Part shown: positions 12,362-24,320 of the stretch, piece by piece | Position numbering within the stretch: position 1 is the first letter of the stretch | How the letters are laid out: each line of letters begins with the position of its first letter | Assembly: GCA_038087875.1 (NCBI GenBank) | Contig: CM076001.1 | Span: forward strand, 1,922,001 to 1,986,000 | Direction of reading: 5' to 3' | Length of the DNA: 64,000 bases | From: Malacoraja senta | Lineage: Eukaryota | Translations under genes and position numbers: made by a program | The notes under the pieces: model-generated | The model's input: only the letters and a program-made list of their open reading frames with translations | What the model was told of the DNA's origin: nothing | Databases searched by the model: none

Positions 12362-15169
12362 ACCGGCAAAGTCGCGCGCCTGATGACGTCACTCGCAGCA
12401 GGCAGCCGTTCAATTCGCAATCGCCTCAGGTAGGTCCCGATTTTTCTCCCGTTTTCGGATTTTTCAGCGCGGAGCTAGTTGACGCTGGGCTCAAGCCTCC
12501 ATAGCGCCACCGGAAGTCATATTAACTGAAATTTTAGCCCATAGATTAAGTTTAGTGATTCATAAATTAATACACCCTGACCAAACTGGCTTTATTCCAA
12601 AACGCTACTCATATTATAATTTGAAACGATTATTTAATATTATATACTCAAACAGAATAGCTAACTTAGATCTGGCAGTCATCTCGTTAGATGCTGAGAA
12701 TGCATTCGATCAAGTGGAATGGCCCTATTTATTTTCGGTGACGGAAACATTTCAATTGGGGGAGAAGTTTTGCACATGGGTTAAGCTTTTATACACTAAC
12801 CCAACAACTAGAATAATGACAAATCAAATGCTATCAACAAAATTGATTTATCTAAAGGTTGCAGATAAGGATGCCCGTTATCCCCGTTATTATTTGCCCT
12901 TGCTATCGAACCACTAGCAGAAAGAGTTAGAGCACATCCAGAAATATTTGGGTATAGCACTAAAAATACAGTTAATAATATCTCTCTATACGCAGACGTA
13001 TTATTATATATTATAAACCCAGAAATCAGCATTCCAAACTTGTTCAATCTTATAACTCTATTTGGTTCATTTTCGGGATATAGAATTATTTGGAATAAAA
13101 GTGAGATTATGCCAATAACGGAACCTAATTCATATATATTGCAACACTCACCTTTTAGAATAGTTAATGAAACATTTAAATACCTTGGAATTTATGTGAC
13201 AAAGAAATATAACTCTCTATTTAAATCAAATTTCATGCCTTTACTTAATAAATTGCATAAGAATATTCAATACTGGAAAACACTTCTCATTTCAATGCTC
13301 GGTAGAATTAATGCTATAAAAATAATTTTCCTTCCGCAATTGCTATACATCTTTCAATCAATCCCGATATATCTCCCCCAAATTTTTTTTAAATAAGTCG
13401 ACTGTATTGTGACAAGTTTTATTTGGGATTATAAGAATCACAGAATAAGCAAAAAACACCTATGTAAACCCAAGACCAAAGGAGGATTAGTTTTACCAAT
13501 TTTTATATCTTATTTTTGGGCAGTCAATGTCAAAAATATGAATTTTTGGTTGGAAGAAATGGATCATCAACCAGATTGGTTAAAGATGGAAAAGGAAGAG
13601 TGTTTGCCTTTTGAATTTGGTCCGATCCTGTTAGCTCCTACAAAATTGAATAAGAAAATCTATAGTGAAAACCCTATAATATATAGTGGCATTCGAATTT
13701 GGAAACAACTAAAAAGACATTAAAATTGGATAATTTATCATTTTCTCTCCCCATTGCAAATAATCCTTCATTTAAACCCTCAGTGTTGGATAAAGGTTTT
13801 GTACAATGAAAAAATCATGGAATTAAAAAGATGGGACATCTTTATAGAAACGGTATTTTTCTTTCGTTTCAGGAACTACAACAGAATTATGGATTACATT
13901 CAAATACTTTTTTTACATACTTACAACTTAAAGATTATGTTAAATCACATACACAAGAATACAGAACTAGAGAACCAGAGATTCTAGATGAATGTTTGAA
14001 TAAACACCCTAATACAGGTAAATTAATATCTTATATTTATAATATTCTTTTAGACAGTGAGACTCCGTCGACGGCATTATATAGATTAGCATGGGAAAAG
14101 GAATTAGCCCAACCTATAACAAAAGATATTTGGGATGAATGTTTACAACATATACATCAATGTTCATTAAATGCCAGACATTCTTCAACACAATTTAAAG
14201 TACTACATAGATTGCATTATTCAAAAACATAATTAAATAGAATCTTTCCTAATATCTCTCCTATTTGTAATAAATGCCAATACTCATCGGCTAATTTAAC
14301 CCATAACTTTGTAAATTGTATAAAAATTAAAGATTATTGGATGGATATTTTTTAAATAATCTCTGTAGTTGTTAATACTTAACTGGATCCCGATGCTAAA
14401 TTAATAATATTGGGCATAACAGAACAATATCTAAAACTTACAACAAACCAAATAAATTTCCTTGACTACAGTATAATAATTGGGATAAAATGAATATTAA
14501 AATGTTGGAGAAATCCTGCAACCCCCAAAATTAAGATGTGGATTATGGAGATGTCGGAAACCTTACATTTGGAAAAAATAGATATGTCTTAATTGACAAA
14601 CCAGAATTATTTACTAAAATATGGTCTCCATTTATAGATTATTTGAAGGGGTAGAATGGGCCGGCGCGGAGGCCTGACTGAAACCTGAACCCAGGACTGG
14701 ATGAATAGTTACGTTTTCTGACCTGTGGACCTATCTCCTAAGTTGTATTATTGATAGTTTTTCTTAATTTTCTAATTTCTTTTCTTCATTTTTATTATCT
14801 ATAAATATAAATAAATAATTAGAGGCAACGTTAATATGTAACCGATAAAGGAGGACCCCAGCTACTTTGGTAACTGGGTACCCGGAACCCTGGATACTTA
14901 ATATGTAATCGTTATACAACGTTTGTAATGGGTTGGACTATGATATGCAGATACCTCTAATACAAAATTTAAATATTTTTATAAAATAAGAATAAATTCA
15001 GTGTTAAAAAGGAATAGAAATAATAATGCTATAATGGTGAGGAACAATCATCGACATGGAACGATAACTCAATTTCCCCTCCGTGCATCCACCTCTGTCA
15101 CCAACATTAAATGTCACTACTTTTCTCTGTTTCTTCCACGACCAAAACACGTACGGTTCAGCATACTGT

Positions 15170-15297
15170 TAAAGAAGGAACTGCAGATGCTGGAAAATCG
15201 AAGGTACACAAAAATGCTGGAGAAACTCAGCGGGTGCAGCAGCATCTATGGAGCGAAGGAAATAGGTAACGTTTCGGGCCGAAACCCTTCTTCAGAT
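15170..15297 (-). mobile_element. Penelope-type terminal-repeat fragment with hammerhead-like motif
   Basis: Minus strand CTGAAGAAGGGTTTCGGCCCGAAACGTT, followed by the same downstream sequence seen at other copies (ctccagcatttttgtgtacc...cagcatctgcagttcc). Confidence 0.65.
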
Positions 15298-15764
15298 GAA
15301 CGGTTCAGCATACTGTTCACCAAACACATTGTGCGCATGAAGACCTACCGAAAACTCCCACTGCAGCGAGTATTGGATAATAAATCAATTCCACCGTCCT
15401 TATCTGATTCCAACGCATTATGTTACGAGGAGAAATGCTGTCGATGATGTATTGAGTCACGGATTAGAACTGTCGGTAAACCAACACAAACTATGGGCCA
15501 AATATACTGTGTGAAGCACTAATGTTACAGTTATCCTTATCCCCAGTGACAGGTTGTAATGGATTTGGAATTTGCCCCCTTGTGGTGTGTATCTCTCAAA
15601 ACATTCATATAACCATCGATGCCACTTCGGCTGGGTGAACATTTGCCAACCAATAAACGCGTTTGCTATCTCTTTCTGAAATCCATGTATCTGTATCAAC
15701 CTCTATGAATGCTTTGTAAAATAGGGAAAATTAAACTGCACCAAACTGCACTTTTTGGAAGAAG

Positions 15765-16050
15765 GAACAGCAGATGTTCAAATCTTCAATAAATTACAAA
15801 TTTCTTGAATAATTCAGCGGGTTATCCTGCGTATCTGGAAGGCATAAATAGGCGCTGTCTGAAGAAGAGTTCCGGCCCGAATCTTCGTCTATCAGTGTAT
15901 TCCATGCGTGGGAAGAAGTTGTAGATGCTGGTTTATACCGCTGATAGGAACACAATATTATAAAGAAGGGTTCCGACCAGAAATATCATCTATTCCCTTG
16001 CTTCCAGATATGCTGCTTGACCGACTGATTTACTCCAGCATTTTGTGTTT
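15765..16050. mobile_element. Degenerate Penelope terminal-repeat fragments in both orientations
   Basis: gtctgaagaagagttccggcccg, aagaagggttccgaccagaaa and tactccagcattttgtg resemble the other terminal-repeat copies. Confidence 0.5.
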
Positions 16051-16054
16051 AAAT

Positions 16055-16640
16055 ATTCCAAGTCATAGAGTGATATAGTGGAAACAGGCTCGTTGGCCCA
16101 ACTTGCCCATACCGGTCACATGTCCCAGCTACACTAGTCCCACTGCCAGTATTTGGTCCAAACCTGCCCTATCCATGAACCTGTCTAACTGCTTCTTAAA
16201 CGTCGCGATAGTCCCTACCGTAACTGCGTCCTCTGGCAGCTTGTTCCATACATCCACCACCCTTGGTGTGAAAAGGTTAGCCATCAGATTTCTATTAATC
16301 TTTTTTCCCTCATTTTAAACCGATTGTCTTCTGATCCTCGATTCACCTACACTGGGCAAGTTACTCCATACACGTTCCCGATCTATTCCTCTCATTATCT
16401 TATACACCTCTATAAGATCCCACCTCAACCTTCTGCGCTCCATGGAATAGAGGCCCATCCTGCTCAACCTCTGCCTATAGCTCAGATCCTCTCGTCTTGG
16501 TAACATCTGTGTAAGTCTTGTCTGTACCGTTTCCAGGTTGACAACACATTTCCTATAGCTACATGTAGCCTCACTAACGTCCTAATAACTGCAAAATGGC
16601 CTCCCAACCTCTATACTCAATACTCTTGCTGATGAAGGCC
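16055..16640 (-). mobile_element. CR1 LINE 3' fragment (different subfamily)
   Basis: Translation LYSMERRRLRWDLIEVYKIMRGIDR, plus a CR1-type 3' end. Confidence 0.85.
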
Positions 16641-17189
16641 AATGTGCCAAAGACCTATTTGACCACGCGATCTATCTAAGCGAGATGATTTTGCCTGACA
16701 TCTGAGTTACTCTAGCACGATAATGTGCACGTGTTACCTGGTCTCTGTTTTTGTCTTTCCTGGGCCGCCCCTGTCAACGTCCCTATTAGCTGATTACGAC
16801 CTTCCGTGCATTGTCGATCCTACCACGTTGTCGGCAACTTTAACATAAAATATTTTTTGAAAGTACTACATTGTACTGATACGATAGACAAGAGACCAGC
16901 TTGCTCCGATTGATTTAAATCCGCAGTTTCGTTACAATAGTTCCCCATTCCCTTCTCCTTTCACTGTTCAGACCGCGATCAGGACCCGATGTTCTACCCA
17001 CAAGCAAACTATTTAACGAATAGGGGTATACCATCATTTCAATTGATATTAGAATGATTATTCACCGTTAGTTCTGCATTGTTGCCAACTTGCTGGTGCG
17101 AGTGGGGTATCTCTGAGGTAAAAACAATTCTAAGCGAGAAGTTATTTAAATCCTGAACGGGAAGTAATAGAAGAGGTTAGTACAAAATT

Positions 17190-19440
17190 TGCTTCCATAG
17201 GAACCACCTTACTGTCCATCAAAACAAGAGATATAGACGGCGATGTGGAGAGATAAAGGACAGTGAATGAAACATACGCAAAAAAAGTTAAAATTATATA
17301 GGAAACAGGCCATTGTTAGATGTTTGTAGGGAGAAAATGAAAAGCTAGTGCGGCTCAGGATGGAGAGAGAGGGAATGCCGGGGCTACCTGATGTGAGAGA
17401 AATCAATAGACATATCACTGGGCTGTCAGCTGCACAAGCGAAATTTGATATGCTATTCCTCCAATTTGCGTTTAGTCTCACTCTGACAATGGAGGAGACC
17501 GAGGACAGAAAGGTCTGTTTCGGAATGGGAAGGAGATTTAAAGTGTCAAGCAACGGGGAGATCGTTTACGTTCAGGCAGGCTAAGTGAGTGTGTTCCGCA
17601 AAACGATCTTCAGAGTGCGTTTGTTCTCGCCGATGTGTGAGACTCCTAATCTTACAACAACGGATACAGTAGACGAGGTTGCAAGAGCTGCAAGTGAACC
17701 TCTGCCTAACCAAAAAGGACTTTCGCGGTCCCTGGACAGAGTCGAGGGAGGTGGTATAGCGACAGGTGTTGCATCTTTTGCGGTTGCAGGGGGAGTTACC
17801 TGGGGAGGGAGGTGGGAAGGGATGAGTTAACGAGGGAGTTGTGGAGGGAACAGTCTCTGTGGAACGCGGAAAGTGATGGAGAAGGGAAAATTTGGCCAGT
17901 GGTAGGAACCCGTTGGAGGTGGCGACATTTCGGGGGATTGTATGTTTTATGCCACGGCTGATGGGGTGGGAGATAAGGACAAGGCGGTCTCTGTTGCGAA
18001 TAGCAGGAAGGGGAGCAAGGGCGGAGCTGCGGGGTACCGAGGAGGCACGAATGATGGGCTCATCCACGAGAAGAATGAGGACATCTCGGATGTCCTAGTA
18101 TGGAACACTTCATCTTGGGCGCACATGCGGCGTCGATGGAGGAATTAGGAGTAGGGGTGGAGTTACAAAGTTACAAAGCATGCCGGTTTTCGGTTTTGCC
18201 CCCCCCCCCTTAAGCAGATCCCCCACGCCATATCCCCATTGTCATTTGAGTCCCCCCCCTATTGTCCATTGTTCTTCCCCCACCTCCCCCACGGCGGTCA
18301 CCCCCGCAGCGGGTCGTCCATTGTTCTTCCCCAGCCCCCCACGGCGGTCCGCCCACTCTTGGTACTCCATTATACTTCCCCTCCCTCCTTTCAGCGGTCC
18401 CCCCACGCCGGGTCCTCCGTTGTTCTTCCCCTCCTTCCTCACGATGGTAATAGACGTCAGTCAATAGTCTACTTCCTGTGATGGCGCCTGTGAGATCAAG
18501 AAAGGAGAGGGAGGTGGCAGAGATAGTCCAAGTAGATTTGAGTGCAGCATGAAAGTTGGTGGTGAAGTTAATGACATCCATGAGCTCTGCATGGGTGCCA
18601 GAGGTAGCACCGATGCAGTCATCTGTGTAACGGAGAAAGAGTTCGGGGATAAGGCCAGGTTGCGCCTGGAGCAGGGATTGGTCAACGTACACTACAAAGA
18701 GGCAGGTACAGCTGGGACCCACGCGGGTGCGCATAGCGACGTCTCGGACTTGGAGGATGTGGGATGAATCAAAGGAGAAGTTGATGAGGGTGAGGACCGG
18801 CTCCACTACCCAGAGTAGTGTCAGTAGAGGGAAATTTGATGGTTCTGCGGTCGAGGGAGAAACGGAGGGCTTTAAGGCATTCCTGGTGGGAAGTGGACGT
18901 GTAGAGTGACTGAACGTCCATACTAAAGATGAGGGAGTGGGGGCACGGAAAGCGGAAGTAATTAAAGAGACGAAGGCCATTTGAGGTATCTTGGAAATAG
19001 GTCGGGAGAAACTGGACGAGGGGTGATAGGATGGAGTCGAAGCACGTGGAAATCATTCTCCTCGGACAGGAGCAGGCAGAAACAATTGGTCTGCCAGGGC
19101 AGTTGTGTTAGTGAATTTTGGTGAGCAGGCAAAACCGGGCACTGCGGGGCTGGGAACGATAAGTTTCGAGCCTGTGAAAGGCAGACCGCCAGAAGTGCTG
19201 AAACCAGAAATGGTGTGTGAGATAAAGGCCTGGTGCTCGTCTGTGGGATCATGGTCCAAGTAGGAAGAGGTGTCTGAGAGATGTCTCCTAGCGTCATCCC
19301 GGTAGAGCTCAACACGCCAGACTACCACGGCATCTTTCTTGTCGGCGGGATTGATTATAATATCAGGGTTGCTGCAGAGTGTGCGGAGGGCTGTACGATC
19401 AGAGGGCGTAAGGTTATAGAGTAGATAATGGGAGGGTAAC
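17190..19440 (-). mobile_element. Penelope-like retroelement remnant (RT plus GIY-YIG endonuclease), with an internal replacement at ~18167-18445
   Basis: Fragments IFSMDVQSLYTS, VAMRTRVGPSCTCLFV, LFLRYTDDCIG, LSFLDL and CSSCNLVYCIRC...DRFAEH; many frameshifts. Confidence 0.88.
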
Positions 19441-19847
19441 ATTTGAGACGGTTGATGTCACTTTTTAACACTTGTCGTTTTTAGTTCAATTCGTTTTTAG
19501 TTCCATTCCGGAACATATTTTGAGTTAACTAGTGACGCTTTGATGAACATGTTTTTTTTTGTTTTTTTTAATCCTTCGGCCTCATTTGGTCATGACCCCG
19601 CGGCTGTGCGCTTTGATTCAATCCGCGGGTCAGCTGCATCTCACAAAGTGATGCGGTTTCGCTCCTCACTGCCTCTCAACCCATTGTGTTTCAGCACCGA
19701 TTCCGCAGAAATCAACACGGTGCCACATAAAGTTTATGATCGCCGAGGACATCATTCAATACCGGAAATGTAAATGTGACCATATTATCTGTGCTTTAAA
19801 GCATTTTACATGTTATAATCTTAAAAGGTATATAAAATTGGTATTGT

Positions 19848-20826
19848 GGGAGCCGCCATCTTGGAGGAACGGCTGCTAAACAGGTAGGGACAGCAGCCGT
19901 CCGTCAAATTCACTGTTTCTTTAGTTTTAGTGTCTTTTATTTCTTCGTTTGTTTGGGGGATTTTGACTTTTAATGTGGGGGGGGGGGGGTAAGGGGGAAA
20001 CTACTTCTAGGTCCCTACCTGGTCGGTGAGGCAGCTTTTTCTCCAGGCTGCCTCGTCGACCCGTCCTCGTGGCCTACCAGCGGGTCTGGAGCGCCGTTTC
20101 CTGACGGGGACCGCCCAGCACCTTCAGCTTCGGTGGCGGAACAGCGCTGGAGCGCTATCGGGGAGCGTAGCGGGCGATGCCTTGCCTGGGTCGCCGCGCT
20201 GGATCGACGCGCTGGTGCTCCGGTGAGCTGGACCGCCGACTTCAACACCTCCGGGCTGCGGGACTGCGGGGCGACCAGCTGCGGGCGGCGGCGCCGACTC
20301 CAACATCGGGAGCCTCGTGGCTCCAAATCAGCGCGGCCCTGTCGGCTTCAGGTGCCATCGACTCCGCTGGGAAACCGGCCGTTCCACCCGCTCCGAGGAC
20401 TCTCCCGACGGCCAGGAACATCGGGCCTCCGTAGAGGCAACTGTGGCGGCCTCGATGGGCCTGACTCTGGGGAGAACTGGGTTGGGGACTGGACATTGTG
20501 CCTTCCCCCACAGTGGTGGTCATTGTGGGGGGATGATTTTGTGTGCTGTGCCTGTGCCTGTGCCTGTCAGTCCGTGTACAAGATGGCGGTCGGAGGGGAG
20601 AGTGGACGCTGGCGCGAATTGGTCGCCGCTGCTCTCTCCTCAAATTGTGTTTCTTATTTTCTTTTGGTGCTTTTGAAATTGAATTTGTGTATTGTGGTGT
20701 TTTCTTATTTAATTTATTCCGATTATGTGTTTTTTGTTTTGTTGTGATTCTATGCATTGTAAGGTGTCCTTGGGTTTTAGAAAGGCGCCAGTAAATAAAA
20801 TTATTATTATTATTATTATTATTATT
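19848..20826 (+). mobile_element. GC-rich non-coding, non-autonomous retroelement with an L2-type 3' tail and (TTA)n
   Basis: Ends tgtaaggtgtccttgggttttagaaaggcgccagtaaataaa(att)n; the same tail recurs at 43410-43592. The 5' module is related to 41753 and 45436. Confidence 0.7.
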
Positions 20827-21489
20827 AAAATATTACTATAAATGCCATTGTGATGGATGGCATAGACATTACAAATCCGTTTATATGTTTCATTTTTTGT
20901 TGGATTGTTTATTTTTAGAATAATATAATGCATATATTTGTGTTATCGGACATTGAATTGTGTTACGTTCCACTACATTGCACCGTGACACTTTGCAGAA
21001 CGAATTGAGAATAGTTTTAATCAGTTGTAATAAATGGTCTAAATGTCACAATATGTTACGTGATACTACGTTTGAATATTTATGTGGTTGAATTATTTAA
21101 TCATCAAGTTTTCACAATATTAACATCTCGAAACTCATATCCGGATCACATGAACTCGAACTGCTGCTACGACAAAGATGAAAGCGCATCTTTGCCTTGC
21201 TCTGCTGCGGCGTGTGTTATGTACATTGATATACACAATACTCGGACATAAATTTCCCGAAGCGCCAAGTAGTTCCAGTGATCAGCACATCATCTTGTCT
21301 AGTTCTTATCTGCAGTAGACAAACGCAGCCATCAGGCCGGGTGACGTGCGCCATCATCCACTTCTGAGCAGAGCAGTCTTGTTGTAATCATATCAGAAGA
21401 GAACGCGGGGAAAAAATCATTTGACAAGGGTTGAAGCTTATAAAGTGTCTACTGTTCGCACGAAATGCCTCCAAATCTCTCACTGAGAA

Positions 21490-21732
21490 ACTTTACCACG
21501 TGTGCTGTCCGTACGGACCCCGTGAGCCGCGTGGGGTTTTCTCCGATATCTTCGATTTCCTCCCACACTCCAAAGACGTGCAGGTATGTACGTTAATTGG
21601 CTTGCTGCAAATGTAAATTGTCCCAAGTGTGTGTAGGATAGGCTTTGACTGCGGCGATCGTTAGTCGGCGTGGACTCGGTGGTCCGATGGGCGTGTTTCC
21701 GCGCAGTAACACTAAACTAAACTAAAACTAAA
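21490..21732 (+). mobile_element. 5'-truncated V-SINE (HE1-like)
   Basis: V-domain core gatttcctcccacactccaaagacgtgcagg, LINE-like tail and (ctaaa)n end. Confidence 0.8.
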
Positions 21733-22347
21733 TGCTTTTACTAAAGCGGAAACCGTGATAAACCCTGATTCTTACAAACAGGGGTAATTCTTCCCTCTTT
21801 TACTATAAGTAAAACCATAGTGAGGCTCCTTTAACACTACTTATTTGGTTTGTCCACTGTGTGGCCGGATGGCGGGAATCAAAGGCCTACGCTCTCAGGG
21901 GTGTATTGAAGGATTCATCATGGTGTTTCTCGTGTGACGCGGAAATCCATTTTCTACCCGGTTATTCATTGTTCGCGTCCTCACTCATGTCATCTGGAGC
22001 TGACCTGCAGTGAGTAGATGTTAATTCGACTCTAGTGTAATGCAGATTCAACGGTGACTCGTAGAAGTATTACCATTGATTTATCGGTAGGATAGCATTT
22101 AAACTATTGTCATCTCTTTCATTTTCATGTATCAAAACACATCCATGTTGAGGGCTGAGCTGTCTGCAATAAACACGTTTCGTGCCTTATGAGAGTGACG
22201 ACGAACCGCGCATTGCTCGCTCTCTTTGATGTGTTTTCTGTAGGAAGTGTCGTCATGCCAGTGTCAGTCAGTGCTCGCAGTGCTGTCAGACGGACGCTCT
22301 GCGGGTATCTCAGACAGCCAGATTTCCTGCAACCAGGGTCATCAAAC

Positions 22348-22393
22348 ATGCGACTCCTGCTACATGCGGCGGGGTGGGTGACATTCGTTGTCG
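22348..22393 (+). CDS. TCR V gene leader exon
   Basis: ATG CGA CTC CTG...GTT GTC G|GTAAGA encodes MRLLLHAAGWVTFVV plus a phase-1 donor, which splices in frame to the V exon. Confidence 0.8.
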
Positions 22394-23019
22394 GTAAGAA
22401 GAGCGATTACTCTAAACAGTTGCATTTCCAGAGCATGTGCCTGACTGCATGAAGATCCAAGGAGTTAATTTCAAAGCAACATCGAACGGTTTGGTCATTC
22501 ATTTGTTATAGAAATATGACATCGTGTATGGTCCGCAACCCCATTAAGAAATGGGAACTGATAGTTTCATAAAATAGTTTGACGAAAAGCATATTTTGAG
22601 ATAAATGTCATCGGGAAAGTAAAGGCCAAGTAGTCACTTCCTACAGAGGACACATAAAACGTTCGTACCACTGAAAACTTGTCACATAATAGATGAATGA
22701 CGCGTTTACAAATGATACAGAGGATTAAAAACGATTTTACCAATGAAAGTACAACACAAGACAGTATATTACAAAATATATAAACATGTTGCTGTGGAGA
22801 GCGGCAATAAAATGTAGAATGAGATGAACAACATTGGCATTGGTTATAGTAATAGTGAATATTTATGTAGGATTTCCAGACGGTCAAACTCAATTTGCTA
22901 CGACAGGAATAATGTGCTCTTATTGTTGCCTAATTTTGTTGAAAAGTCGCTACGTATTCCCAAAGTCCTTTGTGTTTACTTTGTATTATCAAATCTTCAC
23001 TCACTATAATGTGTTCCAG

Positions 23020-23321
23020 GTCTGGTTGATTCAGATTCCGTCACCCAAGAGGAGGGTCCGCTCACACATACAGAGGGTCAAAGCGCCACTTTTACATGTA
23101 CCTATTCTAAGGATAATTATTACTTATACTGGTATCGCCAGTATCGTGGCGGACAGCCCGAGTTTGCGGTCCGGCGATACACTTCCGGTGCCTCTGACCT
23201 GAAGGCAGAATTCGCTCAAAATCGTTTTTCGGACTCAGTCCAGCAGTCGGAGAAAAAATATCGATTGACAATCTCGGGACTGCGTGTGACTGACACGGCA
23301 GTTTATTACTGCGCAGTAACT
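23020..23321 (+). CDS. T-cell receptor alpha/delta-type variable segment, open
   Basis: Acceptor ttccag|. Translation (G)LVDSDSVTQEEGPLTHTEGQSATFTCTYSKDNYYLYWYRQYRGGQPEFAVRRYTSGASDLKAEFAQNRFSDSVQQSEKKYRLTISGLRVTDTAVYYCAVT has the canonical Cys, WYRQ and DTAVYYC. Confidence 0.93.
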
Positions 23322-23360
23322 CACAGTGATGAGAATGGTGTATATACTCGTACAATAACT
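23322..23360 (+). other. Recombination signal sequence, 23-bp spacer
   Basis: CACAGTG (23322-23328), a 23-nt spacer, then ACAATAACT (23352-23360; 7/9 match to ACAAAAACC). Confidence 0.93.
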
Positions 23361-24117
23361 GATGTGCATTTCAAGCGCACAGCTGCTATCTCGTGGATGG
23401 ATGTCGTTCATTGCGGCTTGGGCAGCTGCCGCGAAATTCACAGCTTATGTGCGGGTAGGAGACGCAGTCAGAGAATAATTCACACAGTGACTTGACTCTG
23501 TCTATTTCTGGTTGTGACCGCCTGCTTTCTCGGAGCTATCTGGAAAAACCACTTCTCCATTGAAAATAAATTGACGCCAAACTCGTTCATTTAGGAGACC
23601 CACTGCTTCGCAAAAGAGAAACGTTCGTGCAATGAGGGAATAAATACTTCTTAAAGTATCTACGGCTAGAGAAACAGAAAGGAGGCCGATGAAGAGAAAA
23701 TAATGTAGATGCTTCTAAGTTAACCATGTTCTTGGTCTTGCTGTCAAACTCAGCGTGTATTAACTACTTATTGTGAACAGAATGTATTCCGGCTGGGGTG
23801 GCTGTGTTCTTGAAACACAGACTGATCAGAGCAGACAATGAAAACAAAACGATGGTCTTACCGAAGGAGAGGTTGAGGCAGTTGTTTCTTTACTGTACTA
23901 AGTATTTATGTTATCGTTTTATTAAAGAGTATTCATTTATTTCATAATTATCATGCTGGATAATTCACTCATCCATTTGTACTTCATTCGGAATTCCGCA
24001 TTCTAACCTAACAATATAACGACGGTAAGATAATCACTGTAGCCAGATATTTTGGTCAGGTTGAATAACAATTATACGCCTCCAAAATGCGATTGAAACA
24101 GCCGAGAGGGTTACAAT

Positions 24118-24320
24118 CAAGTTCAAGTTCAAGTTCAAGTGAGTTTATTGTCATGTGTCCCTAATAGGACAATGAAATTCTTGCTTTGCTTCAGCTCACA
24201 GAACATAGTAGGCATTTACCACAAAACAGATCAGTGTGACCATATACCATTATATAAATATAATGTAATATAACATAATATAATATAATATAATATAATA
24301 TAATTATATAAATATAAATC
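24118..24320 (-). repeat. LINE 3' tail with (TTGAAC)n end followed by an AT-rich (TAATA)-type microsatellite
   Basis: caagttcaagttcaagttcaagtgagtttattgtc... followed by imperfect taata repeats. Confidence 0.55.

Larger units (their letters stand above)
6076..12518 (-). mobile_element. Full-length L1 LINE nested antisense in the older L1
   Basis: Poly(A) tail (T run from 6072), ORF2, ORF1 and a 5'UTR starting GACTTCCGG. TSD atattaactgaaatttt at 6059-6075 and 12519-12535. Confidence 0.95.
5916..14987 (+). mobile_element. 5'-truncated older L1 (outer element), split into 5916-6058 and 12536-14987 by a nested L1
   Basis: The RT reading ...SYRAISLLYTDQKILTEI resumes at 12536 as LAHRLSLVIHKLIHPDQTGF. 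It carries several stops and frameshifts. TSD aagaataaattcagtgttaa at 5896-5915 and 14988-15007. Confidence 0.92.

Noticed and set aside
20040-20210. HDV-like ribozyme in the GC-rich elements (GCC-TCCCCCGT-GGC or TCCTCGT-GG resembles P3/L3)
   Set aside because: Could not build consistent P1, P2 and J4/2 elements in both subfamilies; a descriptor-based search would be needed.
21834-21910. CACTGTG at 21855 as a J-segment RSS
   Set aside because: No nonamer at 12 or 23 nt and no FGXG motif in any downstream frame.
22190-22347. TCR V promoter CRE/decamer (AGTGACGACG, AGGGTCATCA)
   Set aside because: Only 7-8/10 matches to AGTGAYRTCA, which is too weak without comparative data.
22786-22884. Hydrophobic TTLALVIVIVNIYVG stretch as the V leader
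   Set aside because: It has an in-frame TGA after the ATG and a poor donor; a clean leader exon with G|GTAAGA exists at 22348-22393.
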